This document shows positions 38,103-48,581 of a stretch of DNA of 52,591 bases, piece after piece. This DNA comes from a virus (Duplodnaviria; Caudoviricetes): IMG/VR virus record IMGVR_UViG_3300002026_000039, positions 1 through 52,591 of that record. One strand, written 5' to 3'. The first letter of the stretch is position 1. The number at the start of each line of letters is the position of its first letter. The position numbers and the translations under genes are program-made. The notes under the pieces are model-generated. The model was not told the origin of the DNA. It saw nothing but the letters and a program-made list of their open reading frames with translations, and made no database searches.

Positions 38103-39290
38103 TTATGAATTTAAAATATCATCAACACTTGGTTTATTTGTATTTTCAACATTTGGTTCTGTTTTATTTTCAGTAGGTCCTTCATTTAAAATAGAATTCA
38201 TTAATTCACTTGGTGCAGAATCTTTCAGAATATCTGAAGCTTTAGTTCCATTAATTGTTTGTGCTGAATCGCCTGTTGATGTAGTATCAACAACACCATA
38301 TTGTTTTATTTCAGCAATAGATTTTGCATTTTTAATTATTGGAATAATTTCATCAACTTTTTCATGAAGCTGAACAAGATATTTTTCTGTATCTTCAGAA
38401 TTTTTTGGGTCTCCAATTTCTTTATAAGAAAATAAATTATGAATAGAAATATCTGGATTTTTTAATTGTTCAATAAAAGCTTTAAATGATTCAACAGCTT
38501 CAGGTCTTAATTTACCATCAACAACATCATCTTTACTAAATTCGTATTTAACATCTTTACCATCTTTTTCGTAAACAACATAAGCACTACGTTGATTTTT
38601 AGAAAAAACTGTTTTCGAAAAATCACGTCCTTTTTGTCCTTCATATTCAGCTTCATCACATTGAATTACTAATGCGTTTGAACTAAAAATATTGAAAACA
38701 TCTTCTTTTTCAAATCCATTAGCAATCATTTCCTTAGTTGGATTCATTTTTTCTTGAATCAAATTAGCAATTGTTGCATTAGGACCAAATGTTGAAAATG
38801 TCATTATTCTGTACATTCCAATTTCTTCAGCTATTGGAGAAGATAATACTTGAATTAAAATAGCACCTTGATTAGTTGCTCCCATAAATTCAGATATTTT
38901 TTGTTCAGCAAGAACATCTCCATTTTTCTTTAAATTATTTAATTCAAAGAATAAATCTAAAGCTTTACAAGTTTTAGCATTTCCAGAACTTACATAATGG
39001 AATTTTTTACCTTTTCTTTTAGGGTCTGGTAAATCTTTGTAAACTTTACGATGTGAAATTGCTGTTGAATTTGTTGTACTTCCAGGTACACCAAATGGAT
39101 TGGTTAAAAGTTTAACTGTATACGACATACCAACTTGGGGTTCAAAAAATGATTTTTTGTAATCAATCCCTGAACTTTCAACTGGAATATCTTCAGCTTT
39201 AACAATAACAGTTTCTTCACCAGAATGAAGAAAAGCAGATAACATAGCGTCATCATTAGGTAATTCTTGAGTTTTCATTGAATCGCTCAT
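38103..39290 (-). CDS. probable single-stranded DNA-binding protein (T4 gp32-like)
   Basis: context beside uvsW; OB-like core and acidic tail ending VDDILNS; inference. Confidence 0.55.
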   Translation of the reverse strand: MSDSMKTQELPNDDAMLSAFLHSGEETVIVKAEDIPVESSGIDYKKSFFEPQVGMSYTVKLLTNPFGVPGSTTNSTAISHRKVYKDLPDPKRKGKKFHYVSSGNAKTCKALDLFFELNNLKKNGDVLAEQKISEFMGATNQGAILIQVLSSPIAEEIGMYRIMTFSTFGPNATIANLIQEKMNPTKEMIANGFEKEDVFNIFSSNALVIQCDEAEYEGQKGRDFSKTVFSKNQRSAYVVYEKDGKDVKYEFSKDDVVDGKLRPEAVESFKAFIEQLKNPDISIHNLFSYKEIGDPKNSEDTEKYLVQLHEKVDEIIPIIKNAKSIAEIKQYGVVDTTSTGDSAQTINGTKASDILKDSAPSELMNSILNEGPTENKTEPNVENTNKPSVDDILNS

Positions 39291-39330
39291 AATAATAATT
39301 TTTAAATAATTTTTAAATAATTTTTGAAAT

Positions 39331-39354
39331 ATAAATATCTTCCGGGATATTTAT
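39331..39354 (-). terminator. hairpin downstream of tRNA-Gln
   Basis: ATAAATATCC-CGGA-AGATATTTAT followed by A/T-rich 12-nt tandem repeats. Confidence 0.45.
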
Positions 39355-39356
39355 TG

Positions 39357-39427
39357 TTGGTCTAACAGGACTCGAACCTATAAAGAATGCACCAAAAACA
39401 TTTGTGTTACCATTACACCATAGACCA
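39357..39427 (-). tRNA. tRNA-Gln (TTG)
   Basis: TGGTCTA/TAGACCA acceptor (U1-A72), GTGT-AATGGTA-ACAC, AATGT-TTTTGGT-GCATT, ATAGG-TTCGAGT-CCTGT. Confidence 0.92.
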
Positions 39428-39429
39428 GA

Positions 39430-39660
39430 TTCGGAGACTTACATATATCTCCCTGCCGTTTAAAGAACTTTTCAAGGCTTTCACTATAAGTAAATGGGCT
39501 GACTGAAAACGTACGGTAAAAATAACAAAAGTGGTTTACTGTTTATTATAAAACTTAATTAGCTAAATTAACACATTCATAATAACTTGTTGTAATATTT
39601 AGGAAGGATTACTATCAACAACCATTTCATACCATTTTAATTCGGTTCCTCAACCAATTT
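39430..39660 (-). ncRNA. candidate structured ncRNA upstream of tRNA-Gln
   Basis: no ORF of 60 aa or more, GC-enriched, several nested stems, sits between promoter motif and tRNA. Confidence 0.45.
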
Positions 39661-39683
39661 CTAAAATTTATTTGTTAATATTT

Positions 39684-39717
39684 TATATATCCAATATATT
39701 ATTCATTTATAAGTTGA
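39684..39717 (-). promoter_or_regulatory. recurrent promoter-like motif
   Basis: TCAACT-TATAAATG-N9-TTGGATATATA. Confidence 0.65.
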
Positions 39718-39720
39718 ATA

Positions 39721-40164
39721 TTACCCCAAAATTTTCATATCAATTTCAGACATTTTTAAACCTATTTCTTTTTCCACATAATCTATTTCAATACAAATAA
39801 AATCATTTGTATCTAATGACCATTTATCTGATTCATCAATATTTAATATTTCTGATGAAAGAATTAATTCAAATAATGAAATACTTGATGATTCTTGTTT
39901 ATCTTTTGAAACAACAACATAATCATTAAATGTTGTTTCAAATTTAAAACTATTATCAACTTTCTCATTTTCAAAAAGTTTTATTAAATTATTTGATGAT
40001 ATTTGAGCTTCAACTGTTAAAATTATGAAATCAGGTTTATTTTTTGAAAAAATACGAATATTATCATATTCGTTAACATCATAAAGTCCTGAGTTTAAAT
40101 TATTTAATATTTCACGTAATGAAATATTTTCAGCTATTATATTAGTATTATTAGTATTATTCAT
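39721..40164 (-). CDS. hypothetical protein (147 aa)
   Basis: ORF track; promoter motif at 40164-40195 abuts the ATG. Confidence 0.7.
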   Translation of the reverse strand: MNNTNNTNIIAENISLREILNNLNSGLYDVNEYDNIRIFSKNKPDFIILTVEAQISSNNLIKLFENEKVDNSFKFETTFNDYVVVSKDKQESSSISLFELILSSEILNIDESDKWSLDTNDFICIEIDYVEKEIGLKMSEIDMKILG

Positions 40165-40184
40165 ATATCTGTTTTATTTTACAA

Positions 40185-40973
40185 TTATAAGTTGATTGAA
40201 TTTTTAAGTATATCGAAAGCTGGAGCTTTCTTTTTTTTCTTTTTCTTTATTGGTTTTTTCTTTACTTCAGTAAGTTTTTTAACTTTAGCAACACAATTTA
40301 ATGATAAAGCAAAACTATCAATAACATCATTAATATTATCTAATGAAGTTGTGTCAGGAAGTAATATTTTACCATTATATACTGTTAGAAAATTTGTTAA
40401 CATTTCTTGTTTATCAGCACTTCCATTTCCTGTAAACCATTTTTTCAAATCTGAAGGTGATGTTATAAATAGTTTGAAATTATCTATATTAATAGCTGGA
40501 AGTAATTTTAATTTTATTAAATCTGCTCTCAACATACCTTGTAACATTATTAAACCAGCTAATGTATTAAATTGATTTATTCCCTGTATTGATGGGGCAA
40601 TAAATCCCTCAATATTTATATATAAATCTATGTTAGAATCTTTGTTAATATCAATTATTTTTTTATAAATAATTTCTGATATTCTTTTAGTACAAACCAT
40701 TGCCTTTAAAGTTACTTTTGCTTGGCTTTCTGAATAAAAATCACTATCATCTAAAATAATATCATTAACAGAAATATTAGTTGGTAATTTATATGTTGAT
40801 TGATTTACATTTAATATAGGCTTTGGAATATATTTTTTAAATTTATTTGATTCATCATCAAATATTAATCTATGGAAACTAATGTTTAATGGAACTTCAC
40901 CTAAAAATTCTTTAATAGTTATTCCTGTTGAATTAAAAGATAAATCAATACCTATAATTAATGATTTTTTCAT
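40185..40973 (-). CDS. RuvC-like Holliday junction resolvase
   Basis: IIGIDLSFNSTG, NIEG, PSDLKKWFTGNGSADKQEM, DVIDSFAL. Confidence 0.85.
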   Translation of the reverse strand: MKKSLIIGIDLSFNSTGITIKEFLGEVPLNISFHRLIFDDESNKFKKYIPKPILNVNQSTYKLPTNISVNDIILDDSDFYSESQAKVTLKAMVCTKRISEIIYKKIIDINKDSNIDLYINIEGFIAPSIQGINQFNTLAGLIMLQGMLRADLIKLKLLPAINIDNFKLFITSPSDLKKWFTGNGSADKQEMLTNFLTVYNGKILLPDTTSLDNINDVIDSFALSLNCVAKVKKLTEVKKKPIKKKKKKKAPAFDILKNSINL

Positions 40974-40974
40974 A

Positions 40975-43326
40975 TTAAATAAATGATGATTGTACAGAGG
41001 ATTTATTTATTGTATATTCAATACCATTAATTTTTAAATTTAATATTATTGAATAAATGGTATTTTCTTTAATCCTATATTTTAATGAATAATCATTTGT
41101 TTGAAATATTATTTCATTAGTAAATGAATTTTTTATAGTCCATAATATATCGGAACTTTCAACAATATAATTTTCATTAATTTTACAAACAATAATATCA
41201 CCATATTTTAAATAATAATTATCTCCTGAAAAAATATTATTTAATTTTGGAAATATTGAATCAACAATTTGAGGTGTTCCAGGAATTTGTAATGGCCAAT
41301 TTAAAATAAATGAATCATCTCTAAAAAACAAAGGAAAATAATAATTAGTAGGTATTTTTGTAAATCTATAATCAAATTCAACAGGCAAATCATAAATTGA
41401 TAAAATATCTGTTACATCATTATTATTAATTAATACTAAATCAAATAATTCAGGTATCAAATTTATACCAATTTCAGTTGTTGAAATATAAATATATTGT
41501 TCTATTAATGTTTCTTCTAAATTAGAAATATTTATTCCTGTAATAAATAATTTATCTAAATTAATTATATAACAATTTTCATCATTATAATCTAAATATT
41601 CTTTTTGTAATGTTTCGGGATTTGTAACTCTTAATTTTAATGTATAATCATTATTATATTTAAACGCGATAATTTCCAAAAAATTATCTATATATTTTAA
41701 TGGTATTGTTTCAGTAATATTATCAACAACAAAATTTTTATTAATTTCATGTAATAAATATCTTGTATTATTTTGTAAATATTTAATGAAATTTAATGGA
41801 TTATCAAAATAATTTGGTAAATCTGTTGGAGTATTATTTAATGGTAAAATACCATTATCATTAATTTCTGTTATATACCATGTTGAATCAATATCCTGAT
41901 TTAAACTATTTTGTAAATTATTATTAAGCAATAATTTGGAATTATATATATCAAAATCTATGTATGCTATATTATTTTCAATTTTATAGTAATATTCATA
42001 TCTTTCACGATTATTATGAATATCATAAATATTAATTGTAATTTTATAATTACCTAATTTTTTTGATACTATATTTAATTCATGTTCTGTTGTTAACCAA
42101 AATTTATCTGATACTATTTTAGTTAACGGATTATTTATTTCTTCAATAATATATTCACAATAAGTATTTTCACTAATAATTTTTAGATGTAATAAATTAC
42201 CAAATAATGATTTAATATCTAATTGATTTATATTTGTTGGAATATTATTATCAAATATTTCTTGTTCAACTAAAAATAAATCATTATTATTTTGTAATGG
42301 AAAATTATTTGATGAATAATATTTTATTTCAGTGTTTGTTGTAACATTATTTATTTGTATATTTTTTTTAACAAGAAATGTTTGATTTGTAATATTTTCC
42401 TTATTATATAAATTTATAAAAATATGTTTTCTGAAATGATGAAAATCTGATTCATTTAATATTGTTGTATTTCCTGCAATAGATAAATATTTTTCTATAT
42501 TTACAGAATTTGCTAAACCAAAAAATGATATATCTTGTTCAGGCAAAGTAAAGTAAATATTTGCTAAAGCAATAGCTTTTTCAAGTCTTTTAAAAAATTC
42601 ATCTAAATTATTTATATTAATAATTCTTCTTGGTAAATTTTTTATTGTATATTTTTCATTTTCATCAACAAGCCAATTATCATATAAAACATGATAATAT
42701 CCTGTTTTTATATCTTTCTCTTTATTTGGAGTTAATGTTTTTTGATTATTTGAGATTATTAAATATTCATCATAAACTTTAATACTTTCAGGAGTAAAAC
42801 CAATTAAATTTAAAAATTTAATAATACTTATTTTAGTACCTTTTTTATTTACAATGTTTTTGAAATCAAGTAATAAACGTTTTAATAATTCTGCTTTATT
42901 TTCATTAATTAACGCAGATTCCAATTCTTCAAAACTTGGTAAATGATTATTTATTAATAAATCATTATAATGTTCTTGAGTTTCGTTTATTATATTATCA
43001 GGCAAATAAGTTATATAATAAAAACGTGAAATATTATCTATACCAGTTACTTTTATAATTATATTACTTTCTAAATATATTGTATAACCAAAATTATCAT
43101 TTAATGACTTATTATTATTTATAATAAATAAATCATCGTTTGATAAAGGTGTTGGATTTTGTTTTACAGAATAAATTGTATTAGGAGTTATCAAATTTTC
43201 AATAATTTCAATTGAAAAAATTTGATAACTCCTAATAAAAAATGTATTGGATTTAGCTGTGTAATTTATTGGTATTGTATTATTATCAATATCATATAAT
43301 ATTACAGGAAAATTTTGAGTAGACAT
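40975..43326 (-). CDS. putative baseplate/structural protein (783 aa)
   Basis: KKGT..SI..FLNLIG motif resembling baseplate wedge proteins; adjacent to the spike gene. Confidence 0.5.
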   Translation of the reverse strand: MSTQNFPVILYDIDNNTIPINYTAKSNTFFIRSYQIFSIEIIENLITPNTIYSVKQNPTPLSNDDLFIINNNKSLNDNFGYTIYLESNIIIKVTGIDNISRFYYITYLPDNIINETQEHYNDLLINNHLPSFEELESALINENKAELLKRLLLDFKNIVNKKGTKISIIKFLNLIGFTPESIKVYDEYLIISNNQKTLTPNKEKDIKTGYYHVLYDNWLVDENEKYTIKNLPRRIININNLDEFFKRLEKAIALANIYFTLPEQDISFFGLANSVNIEKYLSIAGNTTILNESDFHHFRKHIFINLYNKENITNQTFLVKKNIQINNVTTNTEIKYYSSNNFPLQNNNDLFLVEQEIFDNNIPTNINQLDIKSLFGNLLHLKIISENTYCEYIIEEINNPLTKIVSDKFWLTTEHELNIVSKKLGNYKITINIYDIHNNRERYEYYYKIENNIAYIDFDIYNSKLLLNNNLQNSLNQDIDSTWYITEINDNGILPLNNTPTDLPNYFDNPLNFIKYLQNNTRYLLHEINKNFVVDNITETIPLKYIDNFLEIIAFKYNNDYTLKLRVTNPETLQKEYLDYNDENCYIINLDKLFITGINISNLEETLIEQYIYISTTEIGINLIPELFDLVLINNNDVTDILSIYDLPVEFDYRFTKIPTNYYFPLFFRDDSFILNWPLQIPGTPQIVDSIFPKLNNIFSGDNYYLKYGDIIVCKINENYIVESSDILWTIKNSFTNEIIFQTNDYSLKYRIKENTIYSIILNLKINGIEYTINKSSVQSSFI

Positions 43327-43337
43327 TTAATTTATTT

Positions 43338-43529
43338 TTAAGTTACTTTACCTGTATGTGTTGTTGGAGAACCACTAGTATTTACTTCACCAGATTTAAC
43401 AAACTTATCGATAGCATCAGCTAATTTAGTAGCATAATCATCAATAGCTGCTTGTTGGTCTTCTTTGGTTTTAGCTTCATTTAAAAGTGCTTTTATATCG
43501 GATTTTAAACCGGCTTTATCTAATGGCAT
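43338..43529 (-). CDS. small protein following the spike gene (63 aa)
   Basis: ORF track; operon position. Confidence 0.7.
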   Translation of the reverse strand: MPLDKAGLKSDIKALLNEAKTKEDQQAAIDDYATKLADAIDKFVKSGEVNTSGSPTTHTGKVT

Positions 43530-43544
43530 ATTTTTGAAATTTAA

Positions 43545-44144
43545 TTATTCTAGAAATGAAAGTTTAGACTTTATTTTATCTAAATCAGATTTAATATCTG
43601 AATATGTTGTTGCATTTATTGGAGGACCTGAAGGACCAGATGGTGTTGTATGTGTTTCAGCTAAAAGCCCGTCCATTAATCTATCTAATATTTTAAATAG
43701 TTGAATACCTAAAACCATTGGTTCAGCACCTGAATTATGATTAATTTTCTTGACAGCTTTAATATCAATTTGTTCTTCATTTATTTGAATGCTTGAATCT
43801 TTATTTTTGAAAAACCAACCTTCGGATTCTTTATAATAAGCTTCAACACCAAGTCTCTTATAAAGTTCAACATAATTTTCGTATTCTGTTCCACTTAATC
43901 CATTATCTACCAAATCAATTTTACTATTATAAAATCCATGAGTAAAATTTTCATTAAAAATTAAAACAGGAACAATATCATTTTCGATAGGTAAATATTT
44001 TAAACCAAAAAATGGAAAATACCAAGGTAAATCATCTTTTGGTATTTCATCTGTATACCCTGGAATAGAAACTTTTACCCTATTTTTCTTTTCATCATCC
44101 TTTACATCAACAACTTTCCCAAAATATATATTAACTAATCCCAT
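43545..44144 (-). CDS. baseplate spike protein (gp5/GpV OB-fold)
   Basis: YFGKVVDVKD...RVKVSIPG..LPW OB-fold signature; C-terminal ETHTTPSGPSGPP. Confidence 0.8.
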   Translation of the reverse strand: MGLVNIYFGKVVDVKDDEKKNRVKVSIPGYTDEIPKDDLPWYFPFFGLKYLPIENDIVPVLIFNENFTHGFYNSKIDLVDNGLSGTEYENYVELYKRLGVEAYYKESEGWFFKNKDSSIQINEEQIDIKAVKKINHNSGAEPMVLGIQLFKILDRLMDGLLAETHTTPSGPSGPPINATTYSDIKSDLDKIKSKLSFLE

Positions 44145-45613
44145 TAAAATCCACTTCTATTATAAACATTATCAACTCCGTAAGTTATATTATTTTGTGT
44201 TTCAGCTGTACCTAAGTTTGGATTAATAGGTTTATTACCTGAATCACTTGTTTTTATTGGGTTTTGAATTAACTCGATTTTATTACTAGAATTTTTATCA
44301 AAATTATTTTTATATATATCTATGAGATTATTTGAAAAATTTTGAAATAACATATTATTTACTCTGGCTATCGGGTCTGTAATTGCTTTTTTCTCAATAT
44401 AATCAATACCTAAATTAATTGTATTTTGAATCATTTGTTCAGCAAAAGCAGGTGTCATTTTACCTACCAAATCTCCAATTACGGAATTTCTTGAAGTTAA
44501 TTTTGGAATAATATTATTTGCTTTTGTTTTTAATTTATTAATAGTATTTTTTTTAACAGATGTACCCATTGTTTTTAATGCAGTAACCAGTTTAGAATTA
44601 TTTGTAGTTTGATTTGTTGTTGTATTAGAGTTATTTGTATTAGGAGTTATAGAATTATTTGTTGATGTTATAGCTTTATTTTGTACAGACATCATAACTA
44701 ATAAATCAACAAAATCAAAATCACCCATAATATTATTAAATCTACCTTTATGAGTTGCAAATTTATAATTCAAAACCAAATTATTTTTAATAAAATCTCC
44801 ATTTGGTTCGTTTGTTAATGTTTCTAAAAATGATTTTCCAGATTCATTATTAATATGACAACTTTCCAAACTAACCAATAAATGATTAAATTTGTCATGT
44901 AATGGATTATTAAATGTTTTATTGTCAGCTAATTTTCTTACTGTTGGAAAAATTATTTTAGCATCTGGACCTTGATTTTCCTTATCAATATTTTTTTCAT
45001 TTTCTAAATCATCATAAAAAAACATATTATAATAACCAGATGAAAAAACAATTATGTTCATATTGAATTTACGTAAATTTGAAGGTATTACTTCAACACA
45101 TCTTTTTTCATCAAACCATATATGTCTATATGTTGTTATTAATGCTTGTATACGCATATCTGAAGTTTCACGAATTTTTAATTCAATTGTATTTTCTTCA
45201 GTAAAGAATTCATGTTGTTTCCAAGATATAATAGTATCTAATCCAACACATTCTAATATTAAAAAATCATATTCTTGAACAAATTTTTTAAATTCCGTAA
45301 TCCAATGTTTTAACATATCAAATCTATCATCTTCACCAATTCTTTTTAAATAAGCTAATGCTGAATTTTTATTTGTTTCTTCAGCAAATAAACCAATTAC
45401 AGAATCAAAATCAAATAATAATTTAAAATTTAATGATAATGGGTCAACATAATGTCTATTATGTAATCTTTGTTCAGGTGTTTCAAATTCTGAAAAACGT
45501 CCTAAACCTATATAATTTTTTTTGGTTAATTCCTTAGCCATATTTCTTACATCTGCAGTTTTAAATATTTTTTCTTTTCCAGCTAAAATATTTTTATAAT
45601 TTCCTGTGGGCAT
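44144..45613 (-). CDS. putative tail/baseplate structural protein (489 aa)
   Basis: long ORF whose stop overlaps the spike start. Confidence 0.55.
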   Translation of the reverse strand: MPTGNYKNILAGKEKIFKTADVRNMAKELTKKNYIGLGRFSEFETPEQRLHNRHYVDPLSLNFKLLFDFDSVIGLFAEETNKNSALAYLKRIGEDDRFDMLKHWITEFKKFVQEYDFLILECVGLDTIISWKQHEFFTEENTIELKIRETSDMRIQALITTYRHIWFDEKRCVEVIPSNLRKFNMNIIVFSSGYYNMFFYDDLENEKNIDKENQGPDAKIIFPTVRKLADNKTFNNPLHDKFNHLLVSLESCHINNESGKSFLETLTNEPNGDFIKNNLVLNYKFATHKGRFNNIMGDFDFVDLLVMMSVQNKAITSTNNSITPNTNNSNTTTNQTTNNSKLVTALKTMGTSVKKNTINKLKTKANNIIPKLTSRNSVIGDLVGKMTPAFAEQMIQNTINLGIDYIEKKAITDPIARVNNMLFQNFSNNLIDIYKNNFDKNSSNKIELIQNPIKTSDSGNKPINPNLGTAETQNNITYGVDNVYNRSGF

Positions 45614-45710
45614 AGTTTGAAATTTTGAATGTTTTTTAAAGAAATTTTTTATGTTTATATCGAATTATATATAATATTAATATTCAAATAATAATTTAAA
45701 ATAATATTTC

Positions 45711-46667
45711 ATGAATTTACCGATTTTTAAAACACTTTTAGATAACCAATCAACATATATAACTTTTTCTAAATCTTTATTGGATTTTGATAAAGCTACA
45801 AATAATGGAACTGAATATTATTTTTCTAAAATGGTAGCTTTAAATTTACCAAATTATAAAAATGGTGGTATAACAGATAAATTCTTTTTAGATTTAGCTG
45901 AAGTTAATGTTGTTGTTGATAATCCAAATACAACAATACCAAAAGGTATGCAATATTATATGGAAAATATAATAAGACAAAATACCGGAAATAATCAAAA
46001 TATTACTGAATTAGCTTTTTATAAATTTTTAAATTATTGTGGATTAAGTTATGGACAAATACATAATTCAATTACATTTGTTAATAAAATAATAACAAGT
46101 AATTTCATAACTATCGAAAATAATAATGGTTGGGGAGAAATTATTGGTTTAATTCCGAATAATTCTGCTAAGTTAACAACAGTTTTTAAAAATTCAACCA
46201 TAAATGATATTATTACAACTAATGATATAGATTTAGCTATATATGATGCTGGTGGTTTAAAAGAATTTTATTTTACAGACCCGTTAGCTAAAAAAGTATT
46301 AGATTTTGATAATTTAATTTATGAAACGATTCCAACCGATATTGTTAATACATTTGATTTTAATTGTTTATTAATATTTTATAAAGATATTGATGGTGTT
46401 GATAAATTACATGGAATTAATTTCATAAATCCATTTGAAAATAAAGTAACTCATTATGAATTACCAAAATATACACAAAAAACAAATGATTCACGTTCTG
46501 TTGGTTATCAATTTAAAATGAATATGAAAACAGTTAATAATGAAGCATCTAAAATAATTATTGAGGAATACAATGATGGATTCTGGTCAAGTCATTTTGA
46601 AACATTATCAAGATTAAATTCTTTTTTGGAATTACAAATGCAAACAAATTCATTAATTAATCCATAA
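45711..46667 (+). CDS. putative virion structural protein (318 aa)
   Basis: first gene of the plus-strand structural operon. Confidence 0.6.
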   Translation: MNLPIFKTLLDNQSTYITFSKSLLDFDKATNNGTEYYFSKMVALNLPNYKNGGITDKFFLDLAEVNVVVDNPNTTIPKGMQYYMENIIRQNTGNNQNITELAFYKFLNYCGLSYGQIHNSITFVNKIITSNFITIENNNGWGEIIGLIPNNSAKLTTVFKNSTINDIITTNDIDLAIYDAGGLKEFYFTDPLAKKVLDFDNLIYETIPTDIVNTFDFNCLLIFYKDIDGVDKLHGINFINPFENKVTHYELPKYTQKTNDSRSVGYQFKMNMKTVNNEASKIIIEEYNDGFWSSHFETLSRLNSFLELQMQTNSLINP

Positions 46668-46674
46668 AATAAAA

Positions 46675-47040
46675 ATGGAATATGTAGACCTAAATTTATA
46701 TGAATCAAGTAATATTAACGAAAATATTATAAATTCACCATTACATTTATTTTTTCAAGAAATCGAATTAGCAATTAAGATTGCTCCAGAAGAAATTTGG
46801 GGAGTAATAAAAGGTATTGATTTAACGAAATATTTATTTAATCAATATATTTCGTTAAATCAAATAAAATCTGAAATTTCAATTTTTATTGGTAATGAGT
46901 GTAACCAAGCAAAAAATCACCAATATGAAATAAATGTCGAAATTATAAATATTGAAAATAAGGATTTAATCTATATTGAAGCAAAAGTATATAGTAATGA
47001 AAATTCAACCAATTTCATACAAAAATTTTTATTAGGATAA
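46675..47040 (+). CDS. possible baseplate wedge subunit (gp25-like)
   Basis: size, position before a gp6-like gene, EIWG..GIDL..YLF pattern. Confidence 0.5.
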   Translation: MEYVDLNLYESSNINENIINSPLHLFFQEIELAIKIAPEEIWGVIKGIDLTKYLFNQYISLNQIKSEISIFIGNECNQAKNHQYEINVEIINIENKDLIYIEAKVYSNENSTNFIQKFLLG

Positions 47041-47041
47041 A

Positions 47042-48568
47042 ATGGAACAAGAAATAACAACAAGACAAATTTTTTCTAAATATATTTCAGAAAAAATACC
47101 AAAAAAACAAACTAATATTTTTTGGCAATTATTTAATGGTATTGATGCTATTTTTTCTCATTTAGAATTAGTATTAAAAATTTATAAGAAAGAAAGAAAT
47201 TTTTTAACAGCATCAAATATATTTAGTTTAAGAAATTTAGCATCATTAAATGGATTTGAACCAAAATTAAAAATACCATCTAAAGGTATTTTGTATATTA
47301 AAGTTAACCCAAAATTATTTAATAGAGTTGGATTCCCATTATATTTACATGCATATTCAAATTTAATATGTAAAGCAACCAAATTATCTTATTATTATGA
47401 TTCAAATAAAACATTAAAAATTGAAAATGATGTTTTACTTATTCCTGTTGTTGAGGGTCAATTAATACAAAGAAATGAAAAATCAACAGGAAAATATATT
47501 GAAAGAATTTATTTGAATACTGATTCAATAGCCGAAAATTCAATCAATATTTCAGTAGGCACAACAAATTTTACTGAGGTTAAAAGTTTTTTTGATAACG
47601 AAAATTTACATGATAATAAACAATTTTTAGTTAAATATTCAAATAAAACTGATACTCCTCTAATAATTTATATTAAGGGAACAAAATTAAATGATATTAT
47701 TGATATAAAATATAGAGTTACATCAGGAGAATTTGGTAATATTAACTACAAAACTAATTTTGAAGCAGATAATTTAATTAATTCACAAGGAAATTTAATT
47801 GAATTATCTGATGATGAAATAGAAATATATAATATTTCTGGATTTAATTTTGGTTCTAATGGTACAGATGTTAATTCATTAAGAGCTGCTATTGGATTTA
47901 ATCATGGTGTTAATTTATTATTTGATTTTGTTTCTTATCGAGACTATATAAATAAATACAGTAATATTTTACTACAAAATATTATGTTATCAGAAAATCA
48001 TAAATCAATAAATAACATATTTATTTCCAAAAAACAATATGTTAATATTGAATATAAAAATATGATATTGCAACAATATCAACAAATAATAAATTTAAAA
48101 TCATATTTATTTTCTGATGAAGATTTATCAAATTTTGATAATTTATTAAATGAAAATGAATTTGCGTTATCAAGTCATAATTTATATCATTCAAAAACAA
48201 ATAAATTTGCTCTTCAAATATTATTTAATAATCAATTGGAATTAGAAAGAAATTTATTTGATATAAAAACATTAATATATAGTGAATTTAGTAAGTTTTT
48301 CTATGATAAAAATTTCCAATTAAATTTTGAATTATTATTTAATAATTTTATGGAAATAAATAATACATTTTTTGAATATACTATTTTTAACGAAATTATT
48401 GAAAAACAGAAATTGATTGAAAATAAAGAAATTTCAACTCCATATATAATAAAACATGATGAATATTTACCTATATTAAATGGGGATTTTAATATTTCAG
48501 ATATAAACAATACACCTATTAAATTATTTTTCGATATTAATGCTATATCAAAAGAAACTTTAAATTAA
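47042..48568 (+). CDS. baseplate wedge protein (T4 gp6-like)
   Basis: ERNFLTAS...LRNLASLNGFEP, IKYRVTSGEFGN, GSNGTDVNSLR. Confidence 0.7.
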   Translation: MEQEITTRQIFSKYISEKIPKKQTNIFWQLFNGIDAIFSHLELVLKIYKKERNFLTASNIFSLRNLASLNGFEPKLKIPSKGILYIKVNPKLFNRVGFPLYLHAYSNLICKATKLSYYYDSNKTLKIENDVLLIPVVEGQLIQRNEKSTGKYIERIYLNTDSIAENSINISVGTTNFTEVKSFFDNENLHDNKQFLVKYSNKTDTPLIIYIKGTKLNDIIDIKYRVTSGEFGNINYKTNFEADNLINSQGNLIELSDDEIEIYNISGFNFGSNGTDVNSLRAAIGFNHGVNLLFDFVSYRDYINKYSNILLQNIMLSENHKSINNIFISKKQYVNIEYKNMILQQYQQIINLKSYLFSDEDLSNFDNLLNENEFALSSHNLYHSKTNKFALQILFNNQLELERNLFDIKTLIYSEFSKFFYDKNFQLNFELLFNNFMEINNTFFEYTIFNEIIEKQKLIENKEISTPYIIKHDEYLPILNGDFNISDINNTPIKLFFDINAISKETLN

Positions 48569-48581
48569 AAAATTATTTTTT

